Source: Nitrospina sp. LS_NOB
GTDB taxonomy: Bacteria; Nitrospinota; Nitrospinia; Nitrospinales; VA-1
DNA: 64,000 nucleotides
Reading direction: 5' to 3'
Assembly: GCA_001542995.1 (NCBI GenBank)
Contig: LFLA01000003.1
Coordinates: 78,195-142,194, forward strand
In this document: positions 20,429 through 28,619 of the stretch, one piece after another
How the letters are laid out: every line of letters starts with the position of its first letter
Numbering within the stretch: the stretch's first letter is position 1
Program-made: the position numbers and the translations under genes
The notes under the pieces: model-generated
What the model was told of the DNA's origin: nothing
The model's database searches: none
The model's input: only the letters and a program-made list of their open reading frames with translations

Positions 20429-20504
20429 TTAAACCTCTGCGCCGAGTGGATCCTGTGACTTTTGCATTCTATTGAAACAGGTGAACCCATGCCGCTAAAA
20501 TGGC

Positions 20505-20541
20505 CTAAAAAAAAATAAAAAAAGCGGGCTCAAAGCCCGCG
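20505..20541 (-). terminator. Rho-independent terminator downstream of proS
   Basis: On the minus strand GCGGGCT-ttg-AGCCCGC is followed by a run of about 16 nt that is almost all T. Confidence 0.7.
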
Positions 20542-20631
20542 ATGCAGGACCCTAGATGTCATGGGGATTGTACAAGAACTTAATGTCTGATTTCAAGGGA
20601 AAACTGGGGAACTCGGGGGCCGACCGGTTTT

Positions 20632-22341
20632 TTATAAGTCTTTTAAAATATTAGGGATATCCTCAATGACCTGGGGGTAGGGGCGTAGATCAGACTCATT
20701 GGTCTTGCGGATTTTGATCTCAACTTGTCCGGCAGAAAGGTTTTTGGGCCCCACAATGATTTGCAGGGGAATTCCTATCAGGTCAGCATCCTTCAATTTG
20801 ACCCCCAGCCGATCTGACCGGTCATCGAGCAGGGTTTCCAGTCCGGTTTCCTGGAGCCGGTTATAAATAGTGTCGCAGGCAGTTTTTAATTCATCATTGG
20901 AATAGTTAACCGGGATGATAATGACTTGAAAAGGAGCCAGGTTCCGAGGCCAGACAATTCCTCTGTCGTCATGATTTTGTTCAATGGCGGCGGCGGCGGT
21001 GCGCCCGACTCCGATTCCATAGCAGCCCATGACCATTGCATTTTCCTTGCCTTGCTGGTCCAGATAAGCCGCTTTCATTGCCGAGGAATATTTGGTGCCA
21101 AGAATGAAAATGTGGCCAACTTCGATTCCGCGTTTGACCTGGTATTTTCCGTCCTCGCAATGCGGGCAGGGGTCGTTGGCCTTGACGGTTCTGAGATCGC
21201 CGAATTGTTTGATTTTCAAGTCCCGTTTGACTTGAACACCGGTAAAGTGTGTGGAGGGTTTGTTGGCGCCGGTAACAAAATCATGCATGGCGGAAATTTC
21301 ACAGTCCGCATAAACTGGAAGATGGAGTCCCACGGGCCCGACATACCCGCAATGCAGTTCGGGATGTTTGGAGATGGCTTCCTCGCCTGCCGGTTGCAAC
21401 CATTCACAACCGATCAGGTTTTTCATTTTGACGGGACTGATTTCATGGTCACCGCGAACCAGCCCTGCTACCAGTCCGTTCTCATTTTCAAGAAGAATGG
21501 TTTTTACGATTTGCCGGGCAGGCAGGTTGAGAAACCCAGCTACATCCTCCACTGATTTTTTTCCGGGCGTCTCCACTTCTTTTAGATCCTGTGGTGCGGC
21601 AGGAGGTGGGGAGGGGGAAGGTGGTTTCGATTTCGCAAGTTCCAGGTTCGAGGCCTGGCCGCACGACTCGCAAAAACCTATTTCATCTTCTCCTGAATCG
21701 GCGAGTACTGCGAACTCATGCGAAAAGCTGCCCCCGATAGTTCCCGGGTCGGCCTGAACCTGCTTGAAGTCCAAACCGCACCTGTTGAAAATATTGGTGT
21801 AGGCCTGCGCCATCTGGTTGTAAGTATGTTGGGTGTCCTTTTCATCGGCGTGAAAACTGTAGGCATCTTTCATCATGAATTCCCGCCCGCGCATGATGCC
21901 AAACCGAGGCCGAACTTCGTCGCGAAACTTGGTCTGAATCTGATACAGCAAAATGGGTAGCTGGCGATAGGACCTGACTTCCTTTCTCACGATATCGGTG
22001 ATGACCTCCTCATGAGTGGGGCCGTAGCAGAATTCCCGATTATGCCGGTCTTTAATCCGCAATAATTCCTTGCCATAAAAATCCCAGCGCTTGCTTTCTA
22101 CCCACAATTCAGCAGGTTGAATGCTTGGCAGAAAAACTTCCTGTCCGTCGATTTTATTCATCTCTTCGCGGATGATTTGTTCCACCTTCCTTAAGACCCG
22201 AAGTCCCAATGGCAGGATGGAGTAAATTCCCGAGGCAAGCTGCCGGATCATTCCTGCGCGTACCATGAGCTTGTGGCTGATGACTTCTGCATCAGCAGGA
22301 GATTCTTTAAGTGTTGGAATGAAAAGTTTTGAAAAACGCAT
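20632..22341 (-). CDS. proS: Proline--tRNA ligase (bacterial type with editing insertion)
   Basis: 569 aa with class II motifs (RPRFGIMRGREFMMKDAYSF, GCYGIGVGR) and an INS domain. Confidence 0.97.
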   Translation of the reverse strand: MRFSKLFIPTLKESPADAEVISHKLMVRAGMIRQLASGIYSILPLGLRVLRKVEQIIREEMNKIDGQEVFLPSIQPAELWVESKRWDFYGKELLRIKDRHNREFCYGPTHEEVITDIVRKEVRSYRQLPILLYQIQTKFRDEVRPRFGIMRGREFMMKDAYSFHADEKDTQHTYNQMAQAYTNIFNRCGLDFKQVQADPGTIGGSFSHEFAVLADSGEDEIGFCESCGQASNLELAKSKPPSPSPPPAAPQDLKEVETPGKKSVEDVAGFLNLPARQIVKTILLENENGLVAGLVRGDHEISPVKMKNLIGCEWLQPAGEEAISKHPELHCGYVGPVGLHLPVYADCEISAMHDFVTGANKPSTHFTGVQVKRDLKIKQFGDLRTVKANDPCPHCEDGKYQVKRGIEVGHIFILGTKYSSAMKAAYLDQQGKENAMVMGCYGIGVGRTAAAAIEQNHDDRGIVWPRNLAPFQVIIIPVNYSNDELKTACDTIYNRLQETGLETLLDDRSDRLGVKLKDADLIGIPLQIIVGPKNLSAGQVEIKIRKTNESDLRPYPQVIEDIPNILKDL

Positions 22342-22386
22342 ACGCAGTATCCCGATGGTTAATGCAGATAAAGAGGAAGGATGATT

Positions 22387-24120
22387 TTATGCGCTAAAAG
22401 ATTTTTGAGCAAGAGCAATATGATCTGCGTTATGGATTTCCAGCCAGCCTTTGTGGATCTCCATATAGTGGACGGCGAAACCCCGATCGATCATTTCCTG
22501 AATGAGGTCGGTGAAATTCAGTTTGGAAATATCCTCTGATTCCTGAAAGCGGCCGGTAAAATTTTTGAGCACATCGTTATAGGTTTCGAGAAACTGCTCG
22601 GCGCCAGTTTTGCTGAACCGGGCAAGACCTATGAACTCGTGGGTTGCGGTTTCCGGGTTTATCTTATTGCCAATCTTTGCCACGGTATTTTCACTGATGA
22701 AGCGGATTTCCCGGCGCGTCGGCTTGTAGCGGTTCCTGGTGATAATGTAGTCGAGAATGTTTCCCTTTTCCGGCTGGTGATACTGGGTTGAATTGTCGGC
22801 AACGAGAACAATGTCTTCCTTGCACTCTGTCAGCTTGCTGAGAATCTGGTCCTCCATGAGGATGTCGGAATACAACATGATGAATCCATTGGTCATTTTT
22901 TCTTTCGCAACGACCAGTGAATTGAGCACGGACCCTTTCTGGTAGTCGGGGTTCTCTAGAATATTGATGCCCTCTGCATGCAGGTGGTCCTTGCCATACC
23001 CTGCGATGAGTGTGATGTCTGCGAGATTGGCGTTACTCAGGGCTTGAATTTGATGGTCGAGAAGGGTCTTGCCGCAAATTTCGAGCATGGCCTTGGGCTT
23101 GCCGTTCAATATTTGCTTGAAAACAGGATCTTCCCCGGCGGCAGGAATAATCACCGGAATATTGGTCGTCTGTTCATCCTGTTGGTCTTTTTCCTTAACG
23201 TCCAGAAACCCGACGGTTTTAAAAATTTCCCGGACGGGTGTGCATAAAGGATCGGCTTCCAGAGATCTCTGATTGCGAAGTAGGGTCTTTGCAGTTTCCG
23301 TCATCGCTTGGTAGGCGCTGCGTAAAAGATGATTGGCATAAATGACGATGCTGAATCCGGCGGCGCTCAGTTCGTCCTCGGTGATTCGGTTATAAGTGGT
23401 GGGCACGCACACCAGTGGTTTGTTCAATTGGAGGTTTTTTAAAATAACCTGGTACTTTTCAGCAAACTCCAGGATTTCATCCGGGCTTTTGGACTTGGAG
23501 TGGATCATGATCCCATCGACTCCAGCTTGCAGGTATTGCGTGGCCCTGTTGAGTGCGTCTTCCATGGGTTTTCCGGATATGAGGCTTTCAATGCGGGCGA
23601 TAATCATAAACTCACTGCTTTTCTGAACACTTTTTCCTCGCCGGATTTTCTGGGCGAAGACTTCCGGTTCTTGCAGGTTTTGCTGGACCCCAGCCTCCAG
23701 GCTATTGCGTTTTGGAAAAACCTTATCTTCTATAATTACCGCAGATACACCCGCCCGCTCAAGTTTGGAGACGGTGTATTCGAAGGAGTTCGCGCCCCCT
23801 CCCGTATCTCCGTCAACGATCATGGGTTTGTCGGTCACAGCAAGAATTTCGTTGATGGTATGGAGCCGGGAGTCGAAGGTAACGACCTCGATATCGGGGT
23901 GGCCTTTCGAGGCCGAGTCGGTGAGACTGCTTTCCCAGATGGCATCGAATTGGCGGACAACGGTTTGTCTATCCGAATCTCCAGTCACTTCAACTGTATT
24001 GGCGATGATGCCGCTCAACCCATTATGAGCTTCAAGCACCCGCACTGTTTTTCCTTCTTCCAGCAGGGCCTTGAGTTTTCCCCGGCGATGTTCGGGAAGA
24101 ATAGTGTTAAGAAGGGTCAT
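22387..24120 (-). CDS. pepM: Phosphoenolpyruvate mutase fused to a C-terminal nucleotidyltransferase domain
   Basis: The N-terminal 300 aa have the ICL/PEPM fold with EDKVFPKRNS (EDKX5NS, aa 131-140). Residues 320-577 are an NTP-transferase fold (IPVIIPAAGE...GKPKAMLEI). Confidence 0.85.
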   Translation of the reverse strand: MTLLNTILPEHRRGKLKALLEEGKTVRVLEAHNGLSGIIANTVEVTGDSDRQTVVRQFDAIWESSLTDSASKGHPDIEVVTFDSRLHTINEILAVTDKPMIVDGDTGGGANSFEYTVSKLERAGVSAVIIEDKVFPKRNSLEAGVQQNLQEPEVFAQKIRRGKSVQKSSEFMIIARIESLISGKPMEDALNRATQYLQAGVDGIMIHSKSKSPDEILEFAEKYQVILKNLQLNKPLVCVPTTYNRITEDELSAAGFSIVIYANHLLRSAYQAMTETAKTLLRNQRSLEADPLCTPVREIFKTVGFLDVKEKDQQDEQTTNIPVIIPAAGEDPVFKQILNGKPKAMLEICGKTLLDHQIQALSNANLADITLIAGYGKDHLHAEGINILENPDYQKGSVLNSLVVAKEKMTNGFIMLYSDILMEDQILSKLTECKEDIVLVADNSTQYHQPEKGNILDYIITRNRYKPTRREIRFISENTVAKIGNKINPETATHEFIGLARFSKTGAEQFLETYNDVLKNFTGRFQESEDISKLNFTDLIQEMIDRGFAVHYMEIHKGWLEIHNADHIALAQKSFSA

Positions 24121-24401
24121 GACTGAGCTCCAGCGATTTTATCGGCTTGAATTTTTTCTCGTATCCAGTCAGCCACATAGATATTGTCGAGATCAAATTT
24201 TTTCAGCGTATTTAAAATAACGATCACGTGCTCTTCGTCCGGAAGATTTTTATCCAGAATAATGAGGTCCTCGCCATTGAGTTTGCAGTAGCCGCCTTGT
24301 ATGGCAAACTCCTGATCGTTGAGGTTGGAGATTTCAATTTTTATGGATAACTTATCTGCGGCTTCCTTGAGGTCCTGAATCCGGCTCTCAATGTTTTGCA
24401 T
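24117..24401 (-). CDS. Hypothetical 94-aa protein, translationally coupled to pepM
   Basis: Its stop overlaps the pepM start (ATGA), and it lies 14 nt downstream of rseP. I recognise no family. Confidence 0.55.
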   Translation of the reverse strand: MQNIESRIQDLKEAADKLSIKIEISNLNDQEFAIQGGYCKLNGEDLIILDKNLPDEEHVIVILNTLKKFDLDNIYVADWIREKIQADKIAGAQS

Positions 24402-24415
24402 AGTAGAAGATGTTT

Positions 24416-25786
24416 TCAGGTAATGATTCGCATAATATCATTATAAAACGCGAACACCATGAGGCTGAGCAACATGAATATCCCAACTTGCTGTGCCCGT
24501 TCCTGGTTTCTTTCACTGACAGGTTTGCCTTTGAGAATTTCTATCAGGAAAAAGAAAATATGGCCGCCATCCAGAACCGGAATTGGCAACAGGTTGAGTA
24601 GCCCCAGGTTGATGCTCAAAAGTGCGGTCAACCGAACCAGCTCACTAAGGCCTTGTTCGGTATATTCCCCGTAAATTTGAAAAATCAGGATAGGGCCGCC
24701 GATGGAGTCTGCGGGGATGGAGCCCATAACCATTTTTTTGATGCTAACAGCGATCAGGTAAATCAGCCGCCTTGTTTCTTCAATGGCCCTTTTAAGGGCT
24801 CCGAAAACGCCGTATCTTTCCGTTGCCATTTCTCCGGCCATGCCGATGCCGAGCAGGCCCACTTCTGCACTTTTGCCTTCAAGGTCTTTGACAACCTTGG
24901 ATTCGGGTGTCAGTGTGGTTACGATTTCTGTTCCGTTTCTGAGGACTCTGAAGGTCAGTTCTTGGCCAGGCTTGTCGATGGCCGCTGTCTTCAGGTCTCC
25001 CCAGCCAAAAATAATAGTATTGTCCACCGAAACCAAAATGTCGCCTTCTTGAATTCCAGCACGGTCAGCCGGGGAGCCTTCTTTAACATGAAACACATTT
25101 CGTACCAGCGGCGTGATTCCGATCAGTCCAACGTTTTCTTTGTCACCAAAAAGATCGCTGATTTCCTCGGAGATGGGGGTGATGGGAACATGGGCGATGC
25201 TTCCGGAGCTTCTTTCCACCTGGAAATCCAGGGAACGGCCTGGAGACTTATGCACAATTTTCTGTAGTTGTTCCCAATAAAGTATTTTTTCATCGCCAAT
25301 GGCTAAAATGCGGTCGCCGGTTTGAAGCCCCGCAACCAGTGCCGGAGACTCATCCTTAACCGTGCCAACAACAGGAGCCAATGCGGGAACCCCTACCAGA
25401 TAGACGCAATAATAAATGGCAATGGCAAAAAGAATATTGAAGAGCGGACCCGCGAAGGCAATGGCCAGCCGGTCCAGAACCGGAGCTGCTGCAAAGGACC
25501 CCTGTTCGTCTGTGGTTTCTTCCCCGACTTCTTCCCCTTTCATTTTTACGTAGCCGCCAAGGGGAATCCAGGCGAGGAGATATTCGGTGCCTCCGCGTGT
25601 GAAGCTCACAATTTTAGGCCCAAAACCGAGGGAAAACTTTTCCACCACGACGCCCACCTTCCGGGCAACGAGAAAATGCCCCAGTTCATGGACGAAGATG
25701 AGAGCGGCCAGGCCACCCAGAAAAGCCAGCATTTTGATCCCGAAACTGAGGATTGCATCTAAAGAAAATATTGAAAGTTCAAACAT
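24416..25786 (-). CDS. rseP: RIP metalloprotease RseP (site-2 protease)
   Basis: HELGHFLVAR (HExxH) in TM1, two PDZ-like segments and a C-terminal NLLPIPVLDGGH motif. Confidence 0.92.
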   Translation of the reverse strand: MFELSIFSLDAILSFGIKMLAFLGGLAALIFVHELGHFLVARKVGVVVEKFSLGFGPKIVSFTRGGTEYLLAWIPLGGYVKMKGEEVGEETTDEQGSFAAAPVLDRLAIAFAGPLFNILFAIAIYYCVYLVGVPALAPVVGTVKDESPALVAGLQTGDRILAIGDEKILYWEQLQKIVHKSPGRSLDFQVERSSGSIAHVPITPISEEISDLFGDKENVGLIGITPLVRNVFHVKEGSPADRAGIQEGDILVSVDNTIIFGWGDLKTAAIDKPGQELTFRVLRNGTEIVTTLTPESKVVKDLEGKSAEVGLLGIGMAGEMATERYGVFGALKRAIEETRRLIYLIAVSIKKMVMGSIPADSIGGPILIFQIYGEYTEQGLSELVRLTALLSINLGLLNLLPIPVLDGGHIFFFLIEILKGKPVSERNQERAQQVGIFMLLSLMVFAFYNDIMRIIT

Positions 25787-25791
25787 GAGAT

Positions 25792-26472
25792 TTAAGGAGT
25801 TTGTGTGTAATCCAAAACCTCCACGCCGGGTGGAGTCTTGAGTTGGAATTGTTCTTCCGGGATTTCCCGGTTAACCCGAATACGGGTGAAGCGAATTTCT
25901 GTTTTGTTCCCTAATTTATCATACACGGTCGATCCGGTGATTTGGAAGTTTTTCTTGTCAGCTAGAAGGACCAGTCTTGCCATCCCCTGCTCCTCGTTTT
26001 TTGGGACAAGGGTGACAACAATATTCTGGCTTTCCTCAATCACACTTTCAACATTAAAGGCATGGGTCAACTTTCCCTTTCCTGCCAGAAAAAGCGCTGG
26101 TGTGTTGGAAGAGTAGATGCTTTCAACCGGTACCTTGGTGGCTTGCTCCTCGTCAGGGACATAAAGCCAAAGGGTTTTCTCATTGCTGATTAAAATTTGT
26201 GTGTCCGGAGCCCCGTAGACCCATCTCATTTTTCCGGGTTTCTTGATTTGCACCGTGCCTTTGACGCTTTGGGTCTGGTCCATCATTTTGATGTAAGACT
26301 GCTGGGTGAAGTCGGCTTCAAAGGTAACAACCTTTTCATATTGGTTTTGAATGGCATCCAGCGCTTTCTGTTTGGAGGTCTCCGCAAAGAGAACCCCCGG
26401 CAGTGTCAGGACTGCGAATAAAGCTAAAAGTTTTTGCAGGAGGTTCAAGAAAGTTTTCTCTCTATTTGTCAT
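25792..26472 (-). CDS. lolA: Outer-membrane lipoprotein carrier LolA-like
   Basis: Signal peptide, then FEADFTQQS...GTVQIKKPGKMRWVY...LWLYVPDEEQ. The start is taken at MTNREK, so it overlaps the purN end by 11 nt. Confidence 0.8.
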   Translation of the reverse strand: MTNREKTFLNLLQKLLALFAVLTLPGVLFAETSKQKALDAIQNQYEKVVTFEADFTQQSYIKMMDQTQSVKGTVQIKKPGKMRWVYGAPDTQILISNEKTLWLYVPDEEQATKVPVESIYSSNTPALFLAGKGKLTHAFNVESVIEESQNIVVTLVPKNEEQGMARLVLLADKKNFQITGSTVYDKLGNKTEIRFTRIRVNREIPEEQFQLKTPPGVEVLDYTQTP

Positions 26473-27079
26473 GCAGGACCCTTCGGCCCGAAAGGGCCAG
26501 CCTGTCTTCAAGGATCAGTCGAATAGCTTCGAGGTAAATAATGTGTTCCTGTTCAAGAATTCTTTCGGAAAGGGAAGCCTCATCGTCATCATCAATAATG
26601 GGAACCACCGCTTGCAAAATGATAGGGCCGCCATCCACTTCCTCGTTGACATAATGCACCGTGCATCCTGAAAACCGGGCTCCATGCTCCAAGGCTCGTT
26701 TTTGCACGTTTAATCCGGGAAACGCGGGAAGTAACGAGGGGTGAATATTAATGATTCGACCTGAAAAAGTTTCGATAAAATGTTTGCCCAGAACACGCAT
26801 GTAGCCGGCGAGACAAATCAGATTAACGGATTTGGATTGGATTTGTTCTACCAGGCCCTGCTCGTAGCTGTTTCGGTCCGGAAAAGATTTAGGGTCCAGA
26901 AAAAGTCCCTCAAGACCATGCTTGCGTGCTCGTTCAAGAGCGTAGGCATCTTTCACATTACTAATCACTATGGCAATTTCGGCCTGCAGGTCATTTTTTT
27001 CAATACTGTCGATGATGGCCTGCAGGTTAGAACCTCGTCCTGAAACCAAAACGGCGAGTTTAAATTTGTCGGGTGCCAT
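26462..27079 (-). CDS. purN: Phosphoribosylglycinamide formyltransferase
   Basis: KLAVLVSGRGSNLQAII...NIHPSLLPAFPG...GCTVHYV are present. Confidence 0.93.
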   Translation of the reverse strand: MAPDKFKLAVLVSGRGSNLQAIIDSIEKNDLQAEIAIVISNVKDAYALERARKHGLEGLFLDPKSFPDRNSYEQGLVEQIQSKSVNLICLAGYMRVLGKHFIETFSGRIINIHPSLLPAFPGLNVQKRALEHGARFSGCTVHYVNEEVDGGPIILQAVVPIIDDDDEASLSERILEQEHIIYLEAIRLILEDRLALSGRRVLHDK

Positions 27080-27340
27080 TTAAAGGGGTTGTAAAGGTTT
27101 GTTGGGGACGGGTGATAACACCTGTTGAGCTTATCATTAAATGGTGTTTTAAATCAATGATTTCGATAATCAATGGAGAAGTGTAGGGGATTGAATTCTA
27201 TCTCATCCGTTTTGTGCGCGGGAGCCCCGAGAAGAAAGATAGATTTTGCCTCAAAACAGAAAAAAAATTTATTTTCCGGGAATAACTCGATGGCAAAGGT
27301 GATCTAACATTACGGAATTCACATCCCACCCCTTTTTGCG

Positions 27341-27386
27341 ATCCGTCCGCCTGTTCTACCTCCCTGGCGGGCGGATTTCTTTTTCC
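27341..27386 (+). terminator. Orphan terminator-like hairpin in the purN-ankyrin spacer
   Basis: ATCCGTCCGCC, a 14-nt loop, GGCGGGCGGAT, then ttctttttcc. No annotated plus-strand gene lies upstream. Confidence 0.4.
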
Positions 27387-27567
27387 TCCGGTATCTCTTC
27401 CATTTTGCTAATTATAAAATCGTGAATGTTGAGCCTTTTATTGGAAATACTTCCACTGTTTTAACACGTTGGTGATGTTTTTTCTTGAAGAAATAGTTTG
27501 TTTGCCCTGTGGATACTTTATTTGTCTAATGGGTATCCGGTAGAAATTTGTGCTACTTTTGCAAGTC

Positions 27568-28597
27568 ATGAAAAACTTTCCTTTGCCCAGACAGCTTCCC
27601 TTCATCCTTTGGATTTTTTTAACAGGAGGGGTGGGGTCTGCATTTGCGGATGTGGACGAAGCATTTTTGCAATCTGTTCTTGAGGGAGACCGTAAAGAGG
27701 CGGAGTCTCTGCTTGAACGGGGTGCCGATATTGAAACCCGTACTAAAAGAGGCAGCACGGCTTTGATCGTTGCTGCGGCCCAAAAGCATACTTCCCTGCT
27801 GGAGTTTTTGTTAAAGCGGGGTGCCAATGTCAACGCCCGGAACCGCTATGATGACACCGCTTTATTATTATGTGCAATGGTAGGTGATGTGAAGTGTATG
27901 GAATTGGTCATCGCCAAGGGAGGTGATGTCAACGTAAAGAATATGCTTGGCTGGAGTCCCCTTTCGAGAGCCGCGAGATATGGTCACCTATCGGCACTTA
28001 GATTCCTGATCAAGCGGGGTGCTAAGATCGATATTCGTTTGAACGATGGCGCAATCCCGCTAATCATTTCCGTGGGAGAACAACATTCCGGAGCAATTCA
28101 TTTATTGTTAGAAAATGGGGCAACGTCTCTTATGATGGCGGCCGAGCGAGGCAGAATGGAAATGGTCCGGCTTTTGATCGAACATAGGGTGGACATTAAT
28201 GCTAAAAGCCGAAATGGCGCTACTCCATTAATTAGCGCATCCGCTGGTGGGCATGAAGAAATCGTAAAACTTCTTCTCCAGCAAGGGGCGAAACAGGATG
28301 CCGCGATTGCCAATGGTTCAACATCTTTAATGGTTGCGACCGAACGGGGTCATTTGCCTACCGTTGAGGTCCTGCTACGTCATGGCGCAAATATCCAGGC
28401 ACGCAGTAAAAGAGGGTGGCAGCCTTTATGGTTGCTGCGGCAGGGGGGGGCACACAAAAATTATCCGGCTTTTTCTGGAGAAGGGGGCAAGCACAAAGCC
28501 GGTGACTAAAAGCGGGTGGACCGCACTCAAGGTTGCGCTTCAATTAGACAGGCATGCAGTGGTTCGGCAACTTAAACTGGCGGGAGCCAAAGAATAA
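27568..28597 (+). pseudogene. Secreted ankyrin-repeat protein, reading frame broken near the 3' end
   Basis: A signal peptide (MKNFPL...GSAFA) is followed by about 8 ANK repeats. Repeat homology moves from frame 1 to frame 3 (VAAFMVAAAGGG) at GGG 28414-16, then to frame 2 (GHTKIIRLFLEKGA...) at the G8 run 28443-50. Confidence 0.75.
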
Positions 28598-28619
28598 ATG
28601 AGGTTCGGCTGCGCAGAAG

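Noticed and set aside
27080-27340. ZTP or purine-type riboswitch upstream of purN (minus strand)
   Set aside because: None of the conserved cores appears on the purN strand, for example the GGGUCGUGACUGGCG / CCGCCUGGGC pairing of the ZTP motif. The CCGCC/GGCGG hairpin found is on the opposite strand.
28334-28597. 87-aa ORF as an independent gene
   Set aside because: Only its C-terminal two thirds are ankyrin-like, and these continue the repeat register of the upstream gene. It is the frame-shifted 3' end of the ankyrin gene.
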